Translations under genes and position numbers: made by a program
Origin: a virus
Length of the DNA stretch: 6,499 nucleotides
UHGV virus genome: UHGV-1287879
Direction: 5' to 3' (one strand)
Part shown: positions 1-6,495 of the stretch, piece after piece
How the letters are laid out: the number at the start of each line of letters is the position of its first letter
Position numbering within the stretch: position 1 is the first letter of the stretch
Notes under the pieces: model-generated
Seen by the model: the letters and a program-made list of their open reading frames with translations, nothing else
The model's database searches: none
What the model was told of the DNA's origin: nothing

Positions 1-120
1 AATTGTTTTAGCTCACGGAAGGAGCACTTTACATCAAATCGCACTGACCGTAAACGGTTGATACACAAGGTGTGTCAGTTGCTTATATATTATCTAGTTA
101 TCGCTAACGATTTTGGAAGA

Positions 121-150
121 AATCGTAAAAGGCGTCCGAACATGGACGCC
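121..150 (-). terminator. Rho-independent terminator-like hairpin downstream of VP2
   Basis: Perfect inverted repeat ggcgtcc (131-137), loop gaacat, ggacgcc (144-150), a 7-bp GC-rich stem. On the coding (minus) strand it is followed by TTTTACGATTT. It begins 6 nt after the VP2 stop codon. Confidence 0.5.
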
Positions 151-155
151 TAGAG

Positions 156-1340
156 TTACTTACGGAAACCTTTAATACCTATAGGTTTGGGAAGTCCAAT
201 ACCTGTTCCGGAAATGAACGAACCGGCAGAGCCAATTACACCAGAAACAGAATCAACTACGCCTGTAACAAGGTTAACACCTCTTTCAAGATTCTTGTAA
301 GTCTTATCAGAATCGAGGTTAAAGGCAGCTTGGTCACCTTGAATTTGCACAAGACGGTCTAGCTTACCATACATTTGAGTACGGGCACGCATCTCCGCAC
401 GTGAGGTATACTGTGTCTTAACACCTGCTGCTTTTAAAGACGTATCTGCGTTAATGTTCAATACAGTAGCAACACGAGTAGCCAAATAAGTAGCCGCTTG
501 CTCATAATTGAGACGGATGGATGAATCGTTTACTCTTACCTGTTCTTGAAACTCTGCAACACGTTGACGGAATTCCTTACTGCGCATCATCATACCAAAT
601 CTAATAGAAGCAGTAGAAGCATTTACATTTCTGATAGTAGCTTTCACTTCCTCAGCTTTCTCGTAAAGAAGATTTGCATTAGCAGCGGCCTCTGTAATAC
701 GAGAAGACGCCAGCTCAGCCTCTTTATGGTTAAGCTTGCCGATAGAATGATTCACATAGATAGTAGAACGGCCTATTTCCAATGCCTGTTCATTCATTGC
801 AGCACGGGTAAGAGCATCAGCGGAAAGTATCTTACCTTCTACCTTAAGGTTTTCCGTTTCCTGCCTGGACTTTCCTGTATCTGCGCCGAGTTTGCGGATT
901 TGTGCGGCTGCGAGAGATTGATTTACTACGTTATTGGTGATATCTCCTATTGTAGCTTTCTGTCCAAGTGCGGATACATCCGTAGGTGTGGCAGGAGCAA
1001 CAGGAGTAACTGAAGGGGAAGCGGAAGCCGTATTTTGTGCGTTTCCGCCGTAGAACAAATCAGCGTTAACGCCTGCATCACGTAGACGCTGGCGCATAGC
1101 CTCGGGGCTATTGTATTGGTTTTCTCTATTCCATTGGTCGATACTCCATTGATTAGCTTGTTCAGCCATAGCTTTATTGAATGCACGTGCCTTATCGTTT
1201 TCTTCACGCTGGAAAGCTATTTGTTTATCAATATTCGCATTTTGCTGGGCATTACCGACAATGTTACCAATGAGAGAAGCTCCGCCACTAAGGGCAGAGC
1301 CAAACCAACTATTAGGGTTTAATTTACTTAAAAATCCCAT
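156..1340 (-). CDS. Microviridae minor capsid / DNA pilot protein VP2 (phiX gpH-like), 394 aa
   Basis: ATG at 1340-1338 with GGAGA 7 nt upstream. The translation contains NSPEAMRQRLRDAGVNADL, matching the hallmark VP2 motif NSPxxQMxRLKxAG(L)NP of gokusho- and alpavirus VP2. It has a Gln/Asn/Ala-rich coiled-coil-like middle and a Gly-rich C-terminus. It lies after VP1 as in other Microviridae. Confidence 0.8.
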   Translation of the reverse strand: MGFLSKLNPNSWFGSALSGGASLIGNIVGNAQQNANIDKQIAFQREENDKARAFNKAMAEQANQWSIDQWNRENQYNSPEAMRQRLRDAGVNADLFYGGNAQNTASASPSVTPVAPATPTDVSALGQKATIGDITNNVVNQSLAAAQIRKLGADTGKSRQETENLKVEGKILSADALTRAAMNEQALEIGRSTIYVNHSIGKLNHKEAELASSRITEAAANANLLYEKAEEVKATIRNVNASTASIRFGMMMRSKEFRQRVAEFQEQVRVNDSSIRLNYEQAATYLATRVATVLNINADTSLKAAGVKTQYTSRAEMRARTQMYGKLDRLVQIQGDQAAFNLDSDKTYKNLERGVNLVTGVVDSVSGVIGSAGSFISGTGIGLPKPIGIKGFRK

Positions 1341-1343
1341 AAG

Positions 1344-1655
1344 CTAATCTCCATAAATTTGAACGTCAGTTTTGTGTGCTTTCATTACTCTTCGTTGTGA
1401 AAGTTTTTCAGTTTCCCAAACGGAACACATAGTGGCATCTCGCCGGAATTGCGGCTCAACGTTCCAACTAGCGCCTTCTTGAGGCGATAAAAAGTTCTGC
1501 GCATTCGGAAGTGAGACGGCTATACCTTTGTCTGTCAGCGCTTTAATATCGCTAGGTGTAAGAGCTAGACCAGGTTTTGTACAAATGTGGTCAATGATTG
1601 GATTGTGCACACAAACGCATGGTTTTAGTTGTGCTTTAAAAATTCTTTTTGCCAT
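1344..1655 (-). CDS. hypothetical Cys/His-containing protein, 103 aa (ATG start; the ORF track extends it to a TTG at 1718)
   Basis: In-frame ATG at 1655-1653 (MAKRIFKAQLK...). The 124-aa version in the track starts at a TTG inside the GC-rich repeat island and is less likely. The protein contains C-V-C-V-H ... H-I-C, a possible metal-binding cluster. Its stop TAG overlaps the Shine-Dalgarno-like GGAGA of VP2 (GGAGATTAGCTT-ATG). It sits between VP1 and VP2. Confidence 0.5.
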   Translation of the reverse strand: MAKRIFKAQLKPCVCVHNPIIDHICTKPGLALTPSDIKALTDKGIAVSLPNAQNFLSPQEGASWNVEPQFRRDATMCSVWETEKLSQRRVMKAHKTDVQIYGD

Positions 1656-1674
1656 AATCTTACGTTTTAAATTG

Positions 1675-1860
1675 TTATTTTTCTTTATTTGGGCGTCCGG
1701 GCGGGCTTTCCGCTGCAAGTCCTCGCTTCGCTGCGGGCTTTACGCTGCAATCCCTGACGCACGCAACAGAGTTGCTATTAATTTGCGTTTCACGCAGATG
1801 AGAGAATCTTTTTACTTTTAATCTTACGAAACTGCGAAGGTAAGGTAGAACGCTCGACAT
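1675..1860 (-). CDS. doubtful small basic ORF (61 aa from ATG; 67 aa from GTG in the track) traversing the GC-rich island
   Basis: ATG at 1860-1858. The translation MSSVLPYLRSFVRLKVKRFSHLRETQ...AAKRGLAAESPPGRPNKEK is strongly basic, as a J/VP5-type DNA-binding protein would be. However, it is encoded across the GC-rich tandem-repeat island, whose 32-nt period indicates nucleotide-level function. No SD is present. Confidence 0.15.
   Translation of the reverse strand: MSSVLPYLRSFVRLKVKRFSHLRETQINSNSVACVRDCSVKPAAKRGLAAESPPGRPNKEK
1701..1764. repeat. two tandem ~32-nt direct repeats inside a GC-rich island (iteron-like)
   Basis: Unit 1 (1701-1732) is gcgggctttccgctgcaagtcc... and unit 2 (1733-1764) is gcgggctttacgctgcaatccc.... 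The first 22 nt match at 19/22. The 32-nt period is not a multiple of 3. The island (about 1690-1765) is strikingly GC-rich compared with the AT-rich rest of the genome. Confidence 0.5.
1761..1788. promoter_or_regulatory. small hairpin gcaac-aga-gttgc followed by TATTAAT (candidate Rep nick / origin-like element)
   Basis: gcaac (1763-1767) and gttgc (1771-1775) form a 5-bp stem with a 3-nt loop. It is flanked by acgcaa (1761-1766) and ttgcgt (1783-1788), which could form an alternative outer stem. The AT-rich TATTAAT (1776-1782) sits between. On the viral strand this reads aaATTAATAgCAAC, reminiscent of the phiX174 origin core (gatATTAATAaCAC). Confidence 0.3.
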
Positions 1861-1892
1861 GTCCAATGAACCTTGCACTAAAAATGATTAAA

Positions 1893-1921
1893 TACGCGCA
1901 CACGCAAGCGCGCGCACGCAT
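1893..1921. repeat. alternating purine/pyrimidine (CG/CA) tract, two 14-nt runs; Z-DNA-prone, imperfect direct repeat gcgcacacgca / gcgcgcacgca
   Basis: tacgcgcacacgca (1893-1906) and gcgcgcgcacgcat (1908-1921) are each strictly alternating Pu/Py. They are separated by a single A. Confidence 0.5.
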
Positions 1922-1984
1922 TTAACAATTTTTACTACAAGAACCCTTGGTCATATCGCTCGTTCTGCTTGATAATGCAGTGTC

Positions 1985-2003
1985 GGAAGAAAAAAAGAAA
2001 AAA
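1985..2003. repeat. 19-nt homopurine (A-rich) run immediately downstream of the VP1 stop
   Basis: ggaagaaaaaaagaaaaaa on the plus strand, which is a poly-pyrimidine T-rich run on the coding strand. Together with gaaaaagagaa (RC of 2007-2017) on the coding strand it could form an A:T-rich hairpin followed by Ts, a weak terminator or attenuator after VP1. Confidence 0.35.
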
Positions 2004-2021
2004 CATTCTCTTTTTCACCGA

Positions 2022-4244
2022 CTAGTCAAGACGCGGTATAGCGACACGAGCGACAGGGAGTTTCACCGTACACTCTATCAGAATTTGTCCGTAAACCTTG
2101 TCGGTAACATCTGTAACAGAGAACACGTCTGTCACCTGATCGGGGTCAATCGTCAGGAAGGACTGTGCCAGCTCCGGCTTTTGATTGAACACACGGTGCA
2201 TCAAGAAGTTCGACAAGTCAGTACGGAATAATCCGTGCGCTTGGTCATAGCGCTGGCAGTATTCATACCACGGTCTTTGATAACCAAACGTTTCAGTAAG
2301 CGAGGACGGGTTATCATTGTAAGCCTGTATAGGGCATACTTCTTTATATGTAATCGGTTGGAATGATATATTGTTAAACTCGGGGTTGAAATGGTCAAGT
2401 AAGCCACGATATAAGAAATGTTTCGGCAACAATTGCGTATATACAGGCAACGGAGTAATAACAAGTAGACCCATAATTACACTTTCTTCGTCACAGAAGC
2501 ATTCTATATTAGCGTCTGAACCTCCACGGAAGTAACCAACTCCGGCTTGAGAGCCTAACACATCTTTGTATGCACCTTCACCGTCTGTTGTTTGATCAAC
2601 AGTTTGTGATATGGCATTCATGTTAATATCACGAGAGAATCCTCCAAAGAACTCGGGCAACAAAAGGTCAGCATAACGTACTTTGACATCAAATCGACCT
2701 TCTATAATCTCCTTGTACGAATAACCTTTACGCATATTCAACTCCAAAAACTTCTGATATGCATTAACATTACGCAAGTCGGTAATAGAAATACCACTAG
2801 TTACCAAATCAAAGAGCGTACGAGCAGAGCGAACAGTTGTACCGTTGTCAAGCTCTACATACTTAACGTTTTTGAGTTCTTCATTATCCGAATCAAACTC
2901 AAGAGAGTAACGTTTACCATCCTCATCTACCATAGCTACTTTTGTTTGCACGGTAGTAGTCGGGTTGCCTTGTTCATCATTAACGGTTGAAACCTGTTCA
3001 TAAGTTGTAATACCTACAAGAGGAGCGTTACCCTGTTGAGGTGATTGAACGGCAGTAGTAAGGAAATCTTTTTCCCAATTAGCATAACGAAGCTCGTAAG
3101 GGTAAGTATCTGCGCCGCCTTCATATGATGGTATCCATTGGTTGTACTGAACAACACCGTCAATATAATAGGGATTGTTACGATTATCACGGTAAACGGA
3201 GTTATAAATACCTTCGTATGCACGGGCGAAGTATGCAAGCAATTTAATTTGCTTTTCCTTATTGATTGAATTACTACTATAATATGGAGAGGTATCCAAA
3301 TCAATATCAGAAACCGGAACAGCATCAAAAACGGAAATCTTTGTATTAGTCGTTGACTTTTTGTCGTAATTCAAAAATACAGAGTTCCAAATACTATTAA
3401 GCATGGAATTTTCGCCTTGAGGTTCAAAAATCAAAGCAACATAAGTAAATGAACCTTCAGCAGGAGTATCCAAATTGAAAGTCCAATTAAATACAACACC
3501 GTCTGAATGCATTTGATATGTACAAACAGGATTCCTAAACGTCAACATCTTAACGACAACATTAGAAGCATTACACAATGCAACTTTAAATGAAGTCTTC
3601 GCAATCACATCATATTGGTCAGTATCACCGGAAGTTTCATCGCTAAATAACTTAACATTAAATGCGTAAGTAGTAGAAGCCTTATAAGTCTGATTAAGAC
3701 GTATAACATTACAATTATCTACCACATCAGTCCAAGAAGTAAGAATAGAAAGAGTATCGCCTTCTTTGTAGGAATCCCAACTCTTAATACGAGAAGTATG
3801 GAAGGGTGCAATATCAGCAGTAGGAACAACGGCAGAACCATATGTACCAATACGAGTCGTAGGCACGCCAAGATAATCCATTAACTTACCTGTACGTAAC
3901 ATCTTATCAAGTAGTGTTTGACTATTGAAATCGTGATAAGGCTCTTCAAGTCCTTCACGGAAATTTCCTATAAAATCTTTATAATCTTTCCAAAGAGCAC
4001 GAAGAGGATACCGGAAGTAAGCAATGCTAGCACGCATACGTGTCTGAACAGGAAATACCATCGGCATCAATTGTAAAGCCGGAATAGGTTTTGCACGAAA
4101 GGAAGTTTTTGCAGGGACTAACTCACACTGAATTGGAGTAATGCAACCAATCTGCGTAGTCAAATTGTTGATATGAGTCCAATCAAATGTATTTTGTTTT
4201 ACATTATTGTTAGGCTCTAATGTAGCATTCCAAATATTTGCCAT
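2022..4244 (-). CDS. Microviridae major capsid protein VP1 (phiX gpF homolog), 740 aa
   Basis: This is the longest ORF in the window. The N-terminal block FDWTHINNLTTQIGCITPIQCELVPAKTSF aligns with the conserved gokushovirus VP1 N-terminal motif (FD..H...TTF.(A)G.LIPI.CDEVLPGDTF, recalled from memory). Its size fits the larger Alpavirinae-type VP1, which carries insertions. It starts with ATG and ends with a TAG stop at 2022-2024. Confidence 0.9.
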   Translation of the reverse strand: MANIWNATLEPNNNVKQNTFDWTHINNLTTQIGCITPIQCELVPAKTSFRAKPIPALQLMPMVFPVQTRMRASIAYFRYPLRALWKDYKDFIGNFREGLEEPYHDFNSQTLLDKMLRTGKLMDYLGVPTTRIGTYGSAVVPTADIAPFHTSRIKSWDSYKEGDTLSILTSWTDVVDNCNVIRLNQTYKASTTYAFNVKLFSDETSGDTDQYDVIAKTSFKVALCNASNVVVKMLTFRNPVCTYQMHSDGVVFNWTFNLDTPAEGSFTYVALIFEPQGENSMLNSIWNSVFLNYDKKSTTNTKISVFDAVPVSDIDLDTSPYYSSNSINKEKQIKLLAYFARAYEGIYNSVYRDNRNNPYYIDGVVQYNQWIPSYEGGADTYPYELRYANWEKDFLTTAVQSPQQGNAPLVGITTYEQVSTVNDEQGNPTTTVQTKVAMVDEDGKRYSLEFDSDNEELKNVKYVELDNGTTVRSARTLFDLVTSGISITDLRNVNAYQKFLELNMRKGYSYKEIIEGRFDVKVRYADLLLPEFFGGFSRDINMNAISQTVDQTTDGEGAYKDVLGSQAGVGYFRGGSDANIECFCDEESVIMGLLVITPLPVYTQLLPKHFLYRGLLDHFNPEFNNISFQPITYKEVCPIQAYNDNPSSLTETFGYQRPWYEYCQRYDQAHGLFRTDLSNFLMHRVFNQKPELAQSFLTIDPDQVTDVFSVTDVTDKVYGQILIECTVKLPVARVAIPRLD

Positions 4245-4245
4245 A

Positions 4246-4440
4246 TTATTTATAATTTAAGTTGATACTAGTGCTATCAGCACGTAATGTTGAACTCTGT
4301 TCGGTGTTCTGGGAACTACCTGAATTATTCTTGAAAATAGACATACTAGCAGTACAGCTATCCAAGAAAAGTACAGCAGCTACAGAAACAATCGCTGTAG
4401 CTACAATTTTTACAATCTCATAAATCTTTTGCTTGTTCAT
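4246..4440 (-). CDS. small signal-anchor / lipoprotein-like membrane protein, 64 aa (candidate lysis or membrane-targeted protein)
   Basis: ATG at 4440-4438. The N-terminus is MNKQK (positive), followed by an 18-20 residue hydrophobic helix IYEIVKIVATAIVSVAAVLFL, then DSC, a Cys directly after the hydrophobic segment that gives a lipobox-like L-D-S-C. The C-terminal 30 aa are Ser/Thr/Asn-rich and hydrophilic. The stop is 1 nt upstream of the VP1 ATG (TAATATG). Confidence 0.5.
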   Translation of the reverse strand: MNKQKIYEIVKIVATAIVSVAAVLFLDSCTASMSIFKNNSGSSQNTEQSSTLRADSTSINLNYK

Positions 4441-4645
4441 CTTTCAAGGGGGAATAAGCAGGGTTAACAATCTCTTCAAACGAAGCAAGAATAAGATACT
4501 CCGAATTATTATCCGAAAGAGTAGAACGAAGACTCTCAAGCTGAGATGGTCTTCGAAGCTCACCACAATTAAGAGTGAGTAACGGTTGGAGTGTTTCACG
4601 TGAAACAATTTCCAAAGAGCCATAAAGCAATGTAGGTTTTTCCAT
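4418..4645 (-). CDS. hypothetical acidic Leu-rich protein, 75 aa (possible scaffolding-type protein)
   Basis: ATG at 4645-4643 preceded by a very AT-rich leader. By manual count there are 12 Asp/Glu against 7 Lys/Arg, and 13 Leu. The composition is coiled-coil-like, as in microvirus scaffold proteins. Its 3' end overlaps the next ORF start by 23 nt. Confidence 0.4.
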   Translation of the reverse strand: MEKPTLLYGSLEIVSRETLQPLLTLNCGELRRPSQLESLRSTLSDNNSEYLILASFEEIVNPAYSPLKDEQAKDL

Positions 4646-4657
4646 AAAACTAAAATT

Positions 4658-4849
4658 TTAAAAATTTGGTAAAATAAAATTATCGGTTATAGTCTTATCT
4701 TCGATGATACCCATAATAGTCAGATTCGAATCTCTAGAAAATGACTTAGCGTGTTTACATGCGTCGGAAAACGAAGTAGCCAACACAATAGAATGATTGT
4801 AACACTTACCATCAGAAGAGAGGAAAATAACAAAATATTTCTTTTTCAT
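4658..4849 (-). CDS. hypothetical protein, 63 aa
   Basis: ATG at 4849-4847, immediately after the previous stop (TAA-T-ATG). The ORF fills the gap between neighbours with no overlap of other long frames. No recognisable motif. Confidence 0.4.
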   Translation of the reverse strand: MKKKYFVIFLSSDGKCYNHSIVLATSFSDACKHAKSFSRDSNLTIMGIIEDKTITDNFILPNF

Positions 4850-4850
4850 A

Positions 4851-5033
4851 TTAATCTTTATCAGTAATTGAAACTATATATCCATCAATATCACGGAAAG
4901 GACCTTCACCAGCTTGTTCAAAAATTTGACCTGCGACTGAAACTTTCAACATTTCCATAATGCTAGATTCAGATACCTTTACCTGTTTTTTAACTTTTTT
5001 ATTACCTTTTTTAATTACTACCTCGATTATCAT
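4851..5033 (-). CDS. small basic protein, 60 aa (possible DNA-binding / VP5- or J-like protein)
   Basis: ATG at 5033-5031 is preceded on the coding strand by a strong Shine-Dalgarno, aaAAGGAGAtatatt-ATG. The N-terminus is Lys-rich (KKGNKKVKKQVK). It is the first gene after Rep, in the operon position of a small DNA-binding protein in microviruses. Its stop is 1 nt from the next start (TAATATG). Confidence 0.5.
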   Translation of the reverse strand: MIIEVVIKKGNKKVKKQVKVSESSIMEMLKVSVAGQIFEQAGEGPFRDIDGYIVSITDKD

Positions 5034-5074
5034 AATATATCTCCTTTTAATTAAATTTAACTTAATTTTTCTTA

Positions 5075-5104
5075 ACTATATCTCCCTTTTTGATTACACT
5101 ACAA
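5075..5104 (-). promoter_or_regulatory. candidate sigma70-type promoter for the structural gene block (TTGTAG-N18-TATAGT)
   Basis: On the coding strand just after the Rep stop: TTGTAG (5104-5099), 18 nt, then TATAGT (5080-5075). It lies in a 73-nt AT-rich intergenic region upstream of the SD-bearing 60-aa ORF. The call rests on sequence pattern only. Confidence 0.25.
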
Positions 5105-5106
5105 AT

Positions 5107-6495
5107 TTACAAAATCTCTTTTTCATATGCAAGTTCTATAGCCTGAATTATGTTGTAATTAACATCATTTAAATCTTGCTGTTTTTCAGAGGCAAATCTA
5201 CGTTTAAGGGAAAACTCACGTTTTTCAAGGAGTTCGGAACGCTGTGAAATATAGGTGGCATCATAATCAACCAAAGAAAGAAAGCGTATATAATAGTCCA
5301 ATTCTAGATCTATGGCTAAATTACGTTTGTAAATACGGTTATAATAACGTGAATCAGGATTAAGGATTTCAGGTCTGCAATAAGTCTGTACCTTGAGAAA
5401 CCAAAACTTTTTATATATCTGTTTTTCTAAGTTTGAAATCTTAGGCGTAACAGGGTCACCAAGCAGTTTATTTAATTGATACTCGTTTTGTATACGTTCG
5501 GAAATGAGAAGTGTAAACTTCTTGAATGCGTCACGGGTAGGTTTGTCGAGAACAGAGGAATTACTAGGGTAATACAATCGTTTAAAGTAAGTAGGTAGAA
5601 ATGCGGTTTGGGTAGTACCAGAAAACGGATCTGTTACAGACATGTCTAGACAATCAGGATGTTTCATATAGAAATCTTTATGATCACGGGCATAGCGAGC
5701 GCCAAGGCCACCATTTTTACGGGAGGACAAGAAGAATACAGGATTACAACCTTCAGGAACAGCAGGTTCTTTTCTCATATACTTCATAACATAGGAGATT
5801 ACACCTTTATCACAAGGCTTCACAAGGCAGAAGCCAAGGGAATCAGTAACAGGTGTACCGTCAGAGAGGTGTTCACCTGTAGGAACACGCCAACATCTTT
5901 CGATAAAATGAAGAACAGCAGTAATGTTTGGAAAATGCTCAGAAGGGAAAGACCAGAATATAGCATGATAGTGTGGGCGACCGGATTTATGTCCATATTC
6001 ACCAACAGCGAAATAACGAAGATTGGAACAGTCAATACCTTTACGCGTAAGGTTAACACGGATACGTTTCATAAAGAGTTGAAACTCCTCTTTAAATACA
6101 CCATGTTTAGGTAAATGCGCAGGATTGTATGTACATGTAATAAACAAAGGTTGAGAGGTAGAGTATACATTCTCACAGATAGCACGAAAACTCCATTCAC
6201 GCTTTTTCTTATCACGACAAAGAGTACATTTGGAGCAAGGGACAACCATAAACATATGTATAATCTCACCATCAAATGTAGGTATGTAAAATTCTTCAAC
6301 ATTGTCAATAGTTACACCTAGACGATGGCAAGAGTATTTGTATTTAGGGAAATGATAACGATATGAGGCAGCGACATCTTCGTTAATAAATACCATACCA
6401 TTGGGGGTATGATAACGTTTATATATAGATAGGTTGTAAGCGAGGGTATGTGCTTGTATAATGACAGGGTTAAGGCAAAATATATCTTTATTCAT
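5107..6495 (-). CDS. Microviridae replication initiation protein (VP4 / phiX gpA-like rolling-circle HUH endonuclease), 462 aa
   Basis: ATG at 6495-6493, TAA-type stop at 5107. The translation contains an N-terminal zinc-ribbon-like block VVPCSKCTLCRDKKKREWSFR, resembling the conserved CGxCxxCRxxxxxxW of microvirus VP4. Motif I is PLFITCTYNP. The HUH motif II is GRPHYHAIFW. Motif III, GVISYVMKYMRKE, has two Tyr spaced Y-x-x-K-Y as in phiX A (the Y343/Y347 arrangement). All three motifs occur in the canonical order. Confidence 0.9.
   Translation of the reverse strand: MNKDIFCLNPVIIQAHTLAYNLSIYKRYHTPNGMVFINEDVAASYRYHFPKYKYSCHRLGVTIDNVEEFYIPTFDGEIIHMFMVVPCSKCTLCRDKKKREWSFRAICENVYSTSQPLFITCTYNPAHLPKHGVFKEEFQLFMKRIRVNLTRKGIDCSNLRYFAVGEYGHKSGRPHYHAIFWSFPSEHFPNITAVLHFIERCWRVPTGEHLSDGTPVTDSLGFCLVKPCDKGVISYVMKYMRKEPAVPEGCNPVFFLSSRKNGGLGARYARDHKDFYMKHPDCLDMSVTDPFSGTTQTAFLPTYFKRLYYPSNSSVLDKPTRDAFKKFTLLISERIQNEYQLNKLLGDPVTPKISNLEKQIYKKFWFLKVQTYCRPEILNPDSRYYNRIYKRNLAIDLELDYYIRFLSLVDYDATYISQRSELLEKREFSLKRRFASEKQQDLNDVNYNIIQAIELAYEKEIL

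Noticed and set aside
81-100. AT-rich ttatatattatctag segment considered as a dif/XerCD-like integration site
   Set aside because: It is not a true palindrome and has no recognisable 11-6-11 XerC/D architecture. The window looks like a free complete genome rather than a prophage junction.
546-1013. Plus-strand ORFs in the track (546..1013, 1116..1322, 1528..1821, 1947..2231, 4960..5172, 5659..6114, 6115..6321)
   Set aside because: All lie antisense within the well-supported minus-strand VP2, VP1 and rep genes, or start at TTG. They have low-complexity or hydrophobic translations typical of antisense frames. Microviridae encode everything on one strand.
947-1207. 86-aa ORF inside VP2, alternative frame
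   Set aside because: Embedded in VP2 on the same strand, with an L-run low-complexity translation. Likely artefact.
1344-1718. 124-aa version of the VP1-VP2 intervening ORF
   Set aside because: Its first codon is TTG (caa at 1716-1718). The first 21 codons lie in the GC-rich tandem-repeat island. An in-frame ATG at 1655 gives a cleaner 103-aa gene.
3014-3328. 104-aa hydrophobic ORF, same strand, inside VP1 (and 87-aa ORF 2201..2464)
   Set aside because: They are alternative frames of the capsid gene. The first starts at a TTG and has a low-complexity hydrophobic translation. No independent support.
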